A DNA stretch of 47,121 nucleotides from the IMG/VR virus record IMGVR_UViG_3300028840_004790; one strand, given 5' to 3'. Origin of the DNA: a virus. Positions within the stretch are counted from its first letter, which is position 1. Every line of letters begins with the position of its first letter. Below are positions 24,953 through 32,422 of this stretch, in pieces. Below the pieces are notes generated by a model. The model was given only the letters and a program-made list of their open reading frames with translations, was not told the origin of the DNA and did no database searches. A program made the position numbers and the translations under genes.

Positions 24953-24976
24953 GGGGTGGGGGTGGGGCCCGGGGGG
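24953..24976 (+). other. G-quadruplex-capable tract
   Basis: GGGGtGGGGGtGGGGcccGGGGGG: four G-runs of at least 4 with loops of 1, 1 and 3 nt, in non-coding DNA. Confidence 0.6.
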
Positions 24977-25047
24977 TTTCCGCGCATATATGTACTTAGT
25001 ATGTGGTTATGTAAATAAGTCACTACTGGGTCCTTTGTGGGCCCCAA

Positions 25048-25161
25048 TCACTTTCCTCGGACCGCAAGGAGTTTCAGGAGCTGGTCCTGTTGGTTGACCA
25101 TCCTTTCAACGATTGTCAGCATTCGGCTCAGCTGGTCATTGTACGTATTGAGCCGATCCAT
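25048..25161 (-). CDS. Possible small coiled-coil ORF (37 aa from the ATG; frame open a further 26 codons upstream)
   Basis: MDRLNTYNDQLSRMLTIVERMVNQQDQLLKLLAVRGK; moderately high third-position GC; no clear RBS. Confidence 0.25.
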   Translation of the reverse strand: MDRLNTYNDQLSRMLTIVERMVNQQDQLLKLLAVRGK

Positions 25162-25190
25162 ACCGACATTGATCTGTGCCAGAATCTGCT

Positions 25191-25538
25191 CTAAGGCATA
25201 TTTCTTCTCTTGCTCTGTCCTGGTCTTTTCCTTTCCGAGTCATGTAACTCTCTATGACAGTTCGCGCAAACGACCAGGCACTTACTCACCTCGTCCCTGA
25301 GCCGGTCCATGCCCATGTTACTAAACTGCTCTGACCTGTCTCTGCCCTGTACATGGTGGAACTCGAGGGCCGCGGCGCAGCACCGGTACCGACAGAAGCA
25401 GCAGCCGCAGCTTAGTTTCAGTTCCGCGATGAACCGGCGGTGGGCCGCCATCCATCGGCGCTTGTACTGGCGGCGGTTCAGCTGATCTATTCGTTGATAC
25501 ACTTCATCGACCCAGGCGCCAATACTCATACGGGCCAC
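25191..25538 (-). CDS. HNH endonuclease
   Basis: 'CGCCFCRYRCCAAALEFHHVQGRD' and 'CLVVCANCHRELH'. Confidence 0.85.
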   Translation of the reverse strand: MARMSIGAWVDEVYQRIDQLNRRQYKRRWMAAHRRFIAELKLSCGCCFCRYRCCAAALEFHHVQGRDRSEQFSNMGMDRLRDEVSKCLVVCANCHRELHDSERKRPGQSKRRNMP

Positions 25539-25879
25539 CGCGCTTCGTCCTCCTTGATCAGGCGGCGCACCAGGTCCTGCTGGTGCCCCATGTCACGCAG
25601 CGACCGACACGCGAGCCGGTACTCGCCGGCCAGGGCCCGCAACTTCTCGTCGTCTGAAAAGAGCAGGACCGCCTTCTCGACGTTGATCGGGCCCTTGATC
25701 CGGAGTGAGCTCAGGCTGTGCTGGATCACGCCCCGCAGCCCGTACGTGTCGATCAGGAGTTTTTTCAGTCGCGGGGCCCACCCCGGGACCGTGTAGATCT
25801 CCACTCGGGCCCCGGGGTAGTCCTTCCGGAGGCGCCAGCACCAGTTGGTGAAGTCATGGGGTTCGTAGGTGGTAGCCAT
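25526..25879 (-). CDS. Hypothetical protein (117 aa)
   Basis: ATG 25879 behind AAGGA; MATTYEPHDFTNWCWRLRKDYPG... Confidence 0.6.
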   Translation of the reverse strand: MATTYEPHDFTNWCWRLRKDYPGARVEIYTVPGWAPRLKKLLIDTYGLRGVIQHSLSSLRIKGPINVEKAVLLFSDDEKLRALAGEYRLACRSLRDMGHQQDLVRRLIKEDEARWPV

Positions 25880-26096
25880 CGTGGGGGTCCTTTTTGAACT
25901 TGGCGCCGCAGGCCAGGCACACAAACGGGTGCGACTGGCCCGCGGTCACGGCCATGGTGGTGTGGTGGCATACGACACCGTCTTCGGTGATTTTGGTGCT
26001 TTGCCGGATCTGTTCCTGCCACCACCGAGCGGCGCGGCCAGTGTCGTCGTTCTGGGCCGCGGCCTGTTTCAGGATCTCGTTCATATCTTCAGACAT
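25854..26096 (-). CDS. Hypothetical protein with a Cys/His cluster (80 aa)
   Basis: ATG 26096 behind GGAGGAAG; 'VVCHHTTMAVTAGQSHPFVCLACGAKF'. Confidence 0.6.
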   Translation of the reverse strand: MSEDMNEILKQAAAQNDDTGRAARWWQEQIRQSTKITEDGVVCHHTTMAVTAGQSHPFVCLACGAKFKKDPHDGYHLRTP

Positions 26097-26674
26097 CTCA
26101 CTTCCTCCACAGGCGTGTCCCAGCCTTTCGAGCACTGAGAAAACCAACGCCTGAATTCTTTCATAGTGTGGGGTTTGTCATGGACCGCTAGGATCCTGTT
26201 ACTTAACGGGACGCCCCGTTCAATGTGGACCCAAGACTTTCGGAACCGCATAAAGGCGTACTCCCACAAATCTTTCCAGGTGGTTCGTAAGGTCTCGTCT
26301 TCCAGGACCTTGGGTTTGTACTGGTGCCAACCGGCCGCGTACAGGCGCCCGTTGTCGATCGTGTTGGTCATTTCGTGGATCATGAAGCCCGGGGCCCGGT
26401 CCTCTAGCCAACAGAAGAAGTTCGGGAAGACGCCCCGGTTCTGGGGGTTCCCGAGGTGGATGTTGATCGGGGGGCGCCGGACCGCCCCGAGCATGTCGGG
26501 GGGTATGATCCACCGGTACCCGTCGCTAATTATCAGATCCCACTGAGGAGCCTCAGGAGCCCACAGGCGGGGTTTGCGGGTTTCGACCTTCAACGAGCCC
26601 TGGACGGCCAAAAAGTCGCACAGCGGCGAAGTACGGGGCCGTGAGGGGGATGTGAGCAGGAGTATGTTCACCAT
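26081..26674 (-). CDS. Formyltransferase-fold protein (Formyl_trans_N-like)
   Basis: 'DLIISDGYRWIIPPDML...PPINIHLGNPQNRG...GFMIHEMTNTIDNGRLYA' follows the layout DlivvagY..ilp...iNiHpSlLP.yRG...G.tvh.....D.G.i (Asn-His...Asp). Confidence 0.65.
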   Translation of the reverse strand: MVNILLLTSPSRPRTSPLCDFLAVQGSLKVETRKPRLWAPEAPQWDLIISDGYRWIIPPDMLGAVRRPPINIHLGNPQNRGVFPNFFCWLEDRAPGFMIHEMTNTIDNGRLYAAGWHQYKPKVLEDETLRTTWKDLWEYAFMRFRKSWVHIERGVPLSNRILAVHDKPHTMKEFRRWFSQCSKGWDTPVEEVRCLKI

Positions 26675-26928
26675 TTCCTCCGGATCTTGTCTGGGCTGAA
26701 GTCGGCCAGGCCCGCGGTCCGCTCCTGGGGCGGCCGGTCCTTCCGGTGCATCCGGGCCTGGATTGTCCTAAGTACAGACCGGAGCCGTCGTTCCCGGCAC
26801 GGTGGCGGGACCCGGTTCACCTTTTTCAGGATCATTTCCCGCTCCAGCCATATCTGACCTAACTCCTCGTCATACCCCCACTTACCTGCAAGCTCTATAA
26901 CACGTTCCAGTTTCATTACTTCCGTCAA
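26668..26928 (-). CDS. Hypothetical protein, first gene of the leftward arm
   Basis: 86-aa ORF starting 17 bp from the divergent + strand gene. Confidence 0.6.
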   Translation of the reverse strand: MTEVMKLERVIELAGKWGYDEELGQIWLEREMILKKVNRVPPPCRERRLRSVLRTIQARMHRKDRPPQERTAGLADFSPDKIRRKW

Positions 26929-26945
26929 AACTCCATAAGGGTGAG

Positions 26946-27344
26946 ATGACTGTTACAGACATGGTCAATGCCACCCTCGGCCAGACGGCACGGTCAGAGT
27001 ACCAGAGGGGCGCTGTGGTTGACAACATCGCCGGCGTTTACCTGCTGTATCAGAAGGACAAGTTGCTTTACGTCGGACAAACGTACAATGTGAATCAGCG
27101 ACTGATCCAGCACCAGGAGAAACCATTTACTCATGCTATAGTATACCACATCAACGAGCTGGTGTCAAGGCTTCGAGTAGAGGGGATCCTGATTTTATGG
27201 CTCCTACCTGAGCTCAACCGCGGAATGAACCTCGGTCTCTGTAAAGGCAAGGTCTGGGAAGTTAAATGGCGAAGAAGCGGGTCGGGACCCGCCAAAAGAA
27301 AAAGAACGAGCCCCAGCGTCGCACGGCGCTCTCGCCCGCAGTAG
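26946..27344 (+). CDS. GIY-YIG domain protein
   Basis: 'AGVYLLYQKDKLLYVGQTYNVNQRLIQH'; the last ~25 codons run out of frame over the next gene. Confidence 0.7.
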   Translation: MTVTDMVNATLGQTARSEYQRGAVVDNIAGVYLLYQKDKLLYVGQTYNVNQRLIQHQEKPFTHAIVYHINELVSRLRVEGILILWLLPELNRGMNLGLCKGKVWEVKWRRSGSGPAKRKRTSPSVARRSRPQ

Positions 27345-27913
27345 CGAAGGCCTGGGAAGCCGCCCTCAATGTGGACGATCAGGAGCTCGCCCGGTTCGTA
27401 CCTACGGAACCGGTGCTCCGGATGGGGGAGGCCCTCCTTGCCGGGAGTACGACGCTCGTAGCGATCGCCGATTACTCCGGGATGACAGAGCCGGAGGTCC
27501 GGGACACGATAGCTGATCCACTGGCCATGGCCTGGGTCAGTCGCCAGATTCATCAAATTTTCCGGCACCGGGCCGGGCTGGTCGATGCCGCCCTGTTCCA
27601 GGCCGCCATGCGCGGTGACGTGCCGGCGATCAAACTGTTCTACGAACGCATGGGCCAGCTCAGTCGCGTCGTTGAACACAAGCACTCATACTCCGGAGGG
27701 GTGAAGCTGGACACCTGCTCTGACGAGGACCTACGCCGGATTATTCGTGAAAACGCAGCCCGACTCCCCGCCGAGTTTAGAATTATCGACCAGACAGAGG
27801 CTGGAACAGACGTACAAGGCGCAGATGATCCTGGACCGGAGGATCAAAGCGGCGCCCCTACTGTACTACCGGAACCTGATCAAGAACCACAGGAAACAGA
27901 CACAGTTTCATGA
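27266..27913 (+). CDS. Terminase small subunit candidate
   Basis: Directly upstream of terL; basic N-terminus; helical 'AMRGDVPAIKLFYERMGQ'; third-position GC drops after ~27790 although the frame stays open to 27913. Confidence 0.55.
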   Translation: MAKKRVGTRQKKKNEPQRRTALSPAVAKAWEAALNVDDQELARFVPTEPVLRMGEALLAGSTTLVAIADYSGMTEPEVRDTIADPLAMAWVSRQIHQIFRHRAGLVDAALFQAAMRGDVPAIKLFYERMGQLSRVVEHKHSYSGGVKLDTCSDEDLRRIIRENAARLPAEFRIIDQTEAGTDVQGADDPGPEDQSGAPTVLPEPDQEPQETDTVS

Positions 27914-29381
27914 AGCTGGTAAAACGTATCGTCGCCGGTTTTTCTTCGGTGCTAACCAGAGTGGCAAGACTACTGCCGGGGGTCACGAAGCGCTCGGACA
28001 TAGTTACGGGTACCGTTTCTGGGAAATTCCAGATCTCCGACTCACCCCGGATGGTGACCTTCCTCCTCGAGATCACATCGATCCAGCCTTCTGGATCCGA
28101 CGTCCGGACGGGATCCCCATCAAAGTCCCGAATCTTGGAGTCATTACCACCGGACTTTCTCGTGGAAGGGGAATTGGTGAGAACCTGTGGCCGTTCCTTG
28201 AAGGGATTCTACCTCAGGCTTTGCGACGCCGAAAGTCCGGACTCCACGTAGTCCGGGGCCAGGGTGGGATCCCGGAGAAGTTCACGCTCCCGAACGGGAG
28301 CCGGGTAATTTTCAGTTCCGAGGAGCAGGACGATTTCCAGTTTGAGGGGTTTGTGGCGGACTGGTGGTGGTGCGACGAACCAGTCCGGCAAAAGATCTAC
28401 AACGCCATGCAGGCCCGGCTCGCAGCGAACCTGGGGCCGATGTGGTTCACCCTAACGCCGCTCGGGGCCCGGTCCGCCTGGATGATGCCATTCTACCGGG
28501 AGCCGCCCGACGACGTGTACATCGTCCAGGTGGTGCAGCGGGACAACCCGGCCATGACCGCCGACAAGCGGAAGGCGTTCGAGGAGGCCGGCGAGTGGCC
28601 GGAACGGGAGAAGGCCGCCCGGCTCCGGGGCGAGTTCGAGGTAATGGGCGACCGGGTCTATGAAGAGTACGATCCCGATGTGCACCTGGTCGACGACTTT
28701 GCCATCCCCAGGGACTGGGTCCGTGGCTTGACGGTTGACCCGCACCACAAGCGGCCGGCGTTCATGCTCTGGTGGGCATATGATCCCAACACACAAACTT
28801 ACTATTTTTACCGAGAGTGGCCCAATTACGATTTCTTCAAAGCGCGGTCGGGTGGTCTTACACCTGTCGAGTACGCAACAATCATTAGAAATGCCGAGGG
28901 CCGTTTTCCAGCAAGCCGTCGCATCTGCGATCCACGATTTGGTAAAGCAGAGCATCAACGGCACGGGTACAAAGAAACGTGCTGGGTCGACCAAATGGCC
29001 GACGTCGGGCTCGACTTCGACGCACACGTCCCGAACACCGGGAACCTCGAGTACCGACACCAAGTAATTTCCAAGATGCTCCGGTGGGACAAACGGTTCG
29101 AGATCGGGCCGTCGAACCAGCCCCAGATCATGGTGTTCCGGAGCCTGACGAACTTAGACAAGGCCTTTCGCCACTACGGGTACCTCGACGTGGACAACCC
29201 CGTCAAGGGCCTGTTCAAGAAGGTCAGTGAAGAATTCAAGGACCCCATGGACACTGTCGCGTACACTGTCCTGTGTCCACCGCCGCTAACCGCCGCCGAG
29301 GTAAAGGCGCTCCAACGCTGGACGCCCGAAGATTTGGAAAAGGAAAACACAGCTGACGATCTATGGAGTGATTATGGGTAA
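27747..29381 (+). CDS. terL: Terminase large subunit
   Basis: Walker A 'GANQSGKTTAG', Walker B 'ADWWWCDEP', C-terminal nuclease-size domain; GTG 27747 (alternative ATG 27825). Confidence 0.9.
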   Translation: MKTQPDSPPSLELSTRQRLEQTYKAQMILDRRIKAAPLLYYRNLIKNHRKQTQFHEAGKTYRRRFFFGANQSGKTTAGGHEALGHSYGYRFWEIPDLRLTPDGDLPPRDHIDPAFWIRRPDGIPIKVPNLGVITTGLSRGRGIGENLWPFLEGILPQALRRRKSGLHVVRGQGGIPEKFTLPNGSRVIFSSEEQDDFQFEGFVADWWWCDEPVRQKIYNAMQARLAANLGPMWFTLTPLGARSAWMMPFYREPPDDVYIVQVVQRDNPAMTADKRKAFEEAGEWPEREKAARLRGEFEVMGDRVYEEYDPDVHLVDDFAIPRDWVRGLTVDPHHKRPAFMLWWAYDPNTQTYYFYREWPNYDFFKARSGGLTPVEYATIIRNAEGRFPASRRICDPRFGKAEHQRHGYKETCWVDQMADVGLDFDAHVPNTGNLEYRHQVISKMLRWDKRFEIGPSNQPQIMVFRSLTNLDKAFRHYGYLDVDNPVKGLFKKVSEEFKDPMDTVAYTVLCPPPLTAAEVKALQRWTPEDLEKENTADDLWSDYG

Positions 29382-29574
29382 GAAACGCAGACCACAAGGA
29401 TTTGGGCGTGACAACAAGTACACCGTAGAGGGAATTAAAAAACAGCTCGGTTCAGAGTACAAAGACAGTGCCCTTCAAAGGGCCCTTGATAAAGAGATGC
29501 GCCGCCGGCACGGTGACGTAACAGGTGCCGCAAACCGGGCGGCAACAAAGGCCCGACGGAGAAAAGGAAAATGA
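29368..29574 (+). CDS. Small basic protein (68 aa; alternative ATG 29374)
   Basis: K/R-rich; overlaps the terL stop. Confidence 0.55.
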   Translation: MIMGKKRRPQGFGRDNKYTVEGIKKQLGSEYKDSALQRALDKEMRRRHGDVTGAANRAATKARRRKGK

Positions 29575-29813
29575 AGAAGCTCTACGCAGCGATTTTTGTG
29601 TTTATGGTTACGTTCCTGTACGGGTGCGGGACCATTGACGGGGTGGTTGGGTACGATCCCACAACTGGCGTGGTGGCCCCGGACGCGCCTATCAATACTG
29701 TGATCGATACCGCTGAGGGTTTCGGTCCCTGGGGCGCCATTGTGGCCGGGGCGCTCGGTCTGTTGGCGGGCGGGTACGTTCTGGTGCGTAAGATCCAGAA
29801 AAAGTTGAAGTAA
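29571..29813 (+). CDS. Lipoprotein with C-terminal TM helix (unimolecular-spanin-like topology)
   Basis: Signal peptide plus lipobox 'FVFMVTFLYGC'; C-terminal 'WGAIVAGALGLLAGGYVLV' followed by RKIQKKLK. Confidence 0.6.
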   Translation: MKKLYAAIFVFMVTFLYGCGTIDGVVGYDPTTGVVAPDAPINTVIDTAEGFGPWGAIVAGALGLLAGGYVLVRKIQKKLK

Positions 29814-29849
29814 TGTTGATTCTGGATCCATTATTTGGAGGCGACGACG

Positions 29850-29984
29850 ATGCCTAAGAAATTGGAACGCGAACTGAAACAAAAAGCAAAAAAGAAGTTC
29901 GGTTCCACTACTTCGGAGAGGGCGCGTCGGTACATTTATGGCACGTTGCGGGAGACCGGGTGGAAGCCGAAACGGGGGCGATGA
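29850..29984 (+). CDS. Small basic protein (44 aa) MPKKLERELKQKAKKKFGSTTSERARRYIYGTLRETGWKPKRGR
   Basis: Not in the ORF track; GGAGG RBS; its stop forms an ATGA overlap with the next gene. Confidence 0.5.
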   Translation: MPKKLERELKQKAKKKFGSTTSERARRYIYGTLRETGWKPKRGR

Positions 29985-30262
29985 GCTCGCCGCGCAAAGT
30001 TGCACTCCTTGATCTGGATGGGGTCGTGTTCCCAAACGGCTCCGATGAGATGCTGCCCAATGCCAAGGAAGGCATTCTCAAGCTCGCGGAGGACGGTTAC
30101 GATATCTATCTGTTCTCGTGCGGGGCTAACAAGTGCCGGGTCGCCCAGCTCACGTCATTTGTCCGGATCCACGGAGCAATCGCCAAACCCTTGGCGGACG
30201 AGTATCTGATCGTAGACGACAAGATCAATCTCCTGGACAGTACCACAGGGTTCCCGGAATGA
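29981..30262 (+). CDS. Minimal HAD-superfamily phosphatase-like protein
   Basis: Motif I 'LLDLDGVV'; candidates for motifs II 'LFSCG', III 'AKPL' and IV 'IVDDK' within 93 aa. Confidence 0.55.
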   Translation: MSSPRKVALLDLDGVVFPNGSDEMLPNAKEGILKLAEDGYDIYLFSCGANKCRVAQLTSFVRIHGAIAKPLADEYLIVDDKINLLDSTTGFPE

Positions 30263-30876
30263 TCACGTTCCATCTAATCAAGTGCTTTGAGGGCCCGCGT
30301 CACGATAGGCTCAGGGCCATCTGGAACAAGCTCGCGTACCAACACCGGGACCGCATGGGGCTGGTCTGGTGGGAAAATCCTGGCGCCCAGTTACAACATC
30401 AACACTGCCTGGCTCTGATCTGGGAAGGGATCCAAGAACTCCCGGGCCGGTACCACGTTATCACGGAACACGACTTTCTACCCGGCCCCGGCGGGCTCGA
30501 CCCGCCGCGGGCCCCGATCGAGGCCGCAGAGTATGTCACAAGAACCCCAGACGGAAAACAAACCGCCCACGGCTACCCCGGCGCCTGGTGGCTCGGGTTC
30601 GACCTCGAAGCGATACATCGTGATCGCCTCCCAGTCAATCTCGCTGCCGGTGGCCCGTGCAATGACCCAGCAAATCTCCTCGAAGGGGCGACGCTCTTGG
30701 CTAATCGGGACCCTTGGCCTGATAGCTACGGTACGGTGGTCGGTGACAAAGGGGAGCACCTCTTCTGGTCACGACACTATAACGATCCGGTATGGGCTCG
30801 TCCAGCCGGTTTTAACCTCGGGGATATCCTTGAAAAGGTAGACAGTAGGATCGCCGCGTATGAAGCTACTTTCTAA
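30259..30876 (+). CDS. Hypothetical protein (205 aa)
   Basis: ATGA overlap defines the start; W-rich globular sequence; no motif assigned. Confidence 0.6.
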   Translation: MITFHLIKCFEGPRHDRLRAIWNKLAYQHRDRMGLVWWENPGAQLQHQHCLALIWEGIQELPGRYHVITEHDFLPGPGGLDPPRAPIEAAEYVTRTPDGKQTAHGYPGAWWLGFDLEAIHRDRLPVNLAAGGPCNDPANLLEGATLLANRDPWPDSYGTVVGDKGEHLFWSRHYNDPVWARPAGFNLGDILEKVDSRIAAYEATF

Positions 30877-31111
30877 ATTGTGGCGGAGGCTCTACGGCCC
30901 ACCGCCGGAACCTGGCCAATTCAAACCGTCGGCTTGGGCTCGTGGGGACGGTGCTTGTCTTGGCTGGACCAATGTAACGGTTTGCCAAGACTGCGGCGCT
31001 ACTGGTTATTATTGGTCCTACCATCCGGCCAGCCCCTGTCACCTGTGCGGAGGAATCCGTCGGGAAGGCACCGGCATTTGGCGGGGTACCCGCTGGGAAC
31101 GGAAGCCGTGA
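30860..31111 (+). CDS. Zinc-ribbon protein (83 aa)
   Basis: 'CQDCG...CHLCG' paired CxxC motifs. Confidence 0.55.
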   Translation: MKLLSKLWRRLYGPPPEPGQFKPSAWARGDGACLGWTNVTVCQDCGATGYYWSYHPASPCHLCGGIRREGTGIWRGTRWERKP

Positions 31112-31722
31112 GGAAGGTTTCAGTTGACGAGTTCATAAAATCTTTTGGGTGCTCGTTCGAGCCACAGGACCATCACTTTACGGGACCCCCTCAGTTCCAC
31201 CAGCCTGAAGGGCACGGTTCGGTGTTTCACGACGAGGGCAAGGTCCTGGCCAATCTGGCTTTCATGCAGGGCTCGGCTGTAGAGATCGGCACTGATCAGG
31301 CCGTCTCCACACGGTATATTGCCGAAGGGCTCCGGCGCGGAAACGACATCGACGGCGCCACCTTGGCCAGCACGGTCTACACAATTGACTGTCTCCAGCG
31401 TTGGAAAGACCACCCGGAATGGCCTGAGATCTGGGCCCTTTCGGCCAAGGCCGAGGACATGCCGATCGGGCACTGGAAGTGCAACTGGGCCTTCATTGAC
31501 GGTGACCATAGCTACGAGGGGGCCGCGAAGGACATCAAACAGATCCGGGACGAGACCCGGATCGATATCATGTTGTTCCACGACTGCGGCAAGGCCGTCC
31601 AAGGCCAGGAGTTCGACCCGGGTCAGTTCATAGACGTGCGCCGGGCAGTACTAAACCACTTGGGAGACTGGAAGCTGACCGAGATCGACACGAAGCTGGG
31701 GATGATTTATGCAGAACGTTGA
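31108..31722 (+). CDS. Class I SAM-dependent methyltransferase (Methyltransf_24-like)
   Basis: GTGA overlap start; motif I 'AVEIGTDQAVST' and 'FIDGDHSYEGAAKDI'. Confidence 0.65.
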   Translation: MRKVSVDEFIKSFGCSFEPQDHHFTGPPQFHQPEGHGSVFHDEGKVLANLAFMQGSAVEIGTDQAVSTRYIAEGLRRGNDIDGATLASTVYTIDCLQRWKDHPEWPEIWALSAKAEDMPIGHWKCNWAFIDGDHSYEGAAKDIKQIRDETRIDIMLFHDCGKAVQGQEFDPGQFIDVRRAVLNHLGDWKLTEIDTKLGMIYAER

Positions 31723-32422
31723 CCTCGGCGTGATGATCCTGGTCCACAAGCGCCCGTGGCCGCTCCGGCTGATCGTGGAACAGATCAGTGAGGCCTGGCC
31801 CAATAGCATTATTCAGCTGACAGAGGACCGGTGCGAGTTGGACATCGCCTCGATCTTGGATGGTACTGAGGGCGCTGTTAGTCAAAGGGCTCCGTTTCCC
31901 GTCGTCGACGAGAACGGCGAGCACTTTATGGTCATGCGCCAGTGGCAGCTCGAACAGATCCGTAAGTACAATCCCAAGTACATTGGCTTCTGGGACGACG
32001 ACCACCTCCTGGAGGACCCGGACGAAGTGAAGCAGTACATGACCATGGGCGCCGACATCATCGACATGAAGAAGGCGTTCTTTTGGGACGACTTGGAACA
32101 CACAAACGAAAGGATCCCACCGCATGTCTCGCCTGTCTTTTTTAAGGACCGCCCTGGTACGTCCTTCCCGGACACCGAAAGTCGGATCATACACTGCCCA
32201 GTGGGAATCCATGACGACCCTGCCTCCGTGCGCGTGGTCACAAATAGCCGGCTCCTCGACGTCGGATACCTCGACGCCGCCGAGCGGGCCCGAGTCTGGG
32301 CAGCCTACAAAGAAGCAGGAAAAATAGACGCCGCGACCATGGCGCTGGTGGAGGACCCCCAGCTGGTGAAATTTGAGTCGGAGATGCCGGCCTACAAGCA
32401 GTTACTGAACGGTAAAAAATGA
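31709..32422 (+). CDS. GT-A fold (family 2-like) glycosyltransferase candidate
   Basis: 'LGVMILVHKRPWPLRLIVEQI' N-terminal strand-helix and 'IGFWDDDH' DxD-type motif. Confidence 0.5.
   Translation: MQNVDLGVMILVHKRPWPLRLIVEQISEAWPNSIIQLTEDRCELDIASILDGTEGAVSQRAPFPVVDENGEHFMVMRQWQLEQIRKYNPKYIGFWDDDHLLEDPDEVKQYMTMGADIIDMKKAFFWDDLEHTNERIPPHVSPVFFKDRPGTSFPDTESRIIHCPVGIHDDPASVRVVTNSRLLDVGYLDAAERARVWAAYKEAGKIDAATMALVEDPQLVKFESEMPAYKQLLNGKK

Noticed and set aside
27747-27913. Non-standard genetic code (a sense codon acting as stop, or stop reassignment linked to the UUA tRNA-like RNA) as an explanation for the run-on ORFs
   Set aside because: TAA (capsid), TAG (portal) and TGA (giant protein) all terminate well-supported genes, and long ORFs are intact under the standard code. 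The only codon recurring near the junctions (CGA) is used in frame at codon 7 of the 2,238-aa gene.
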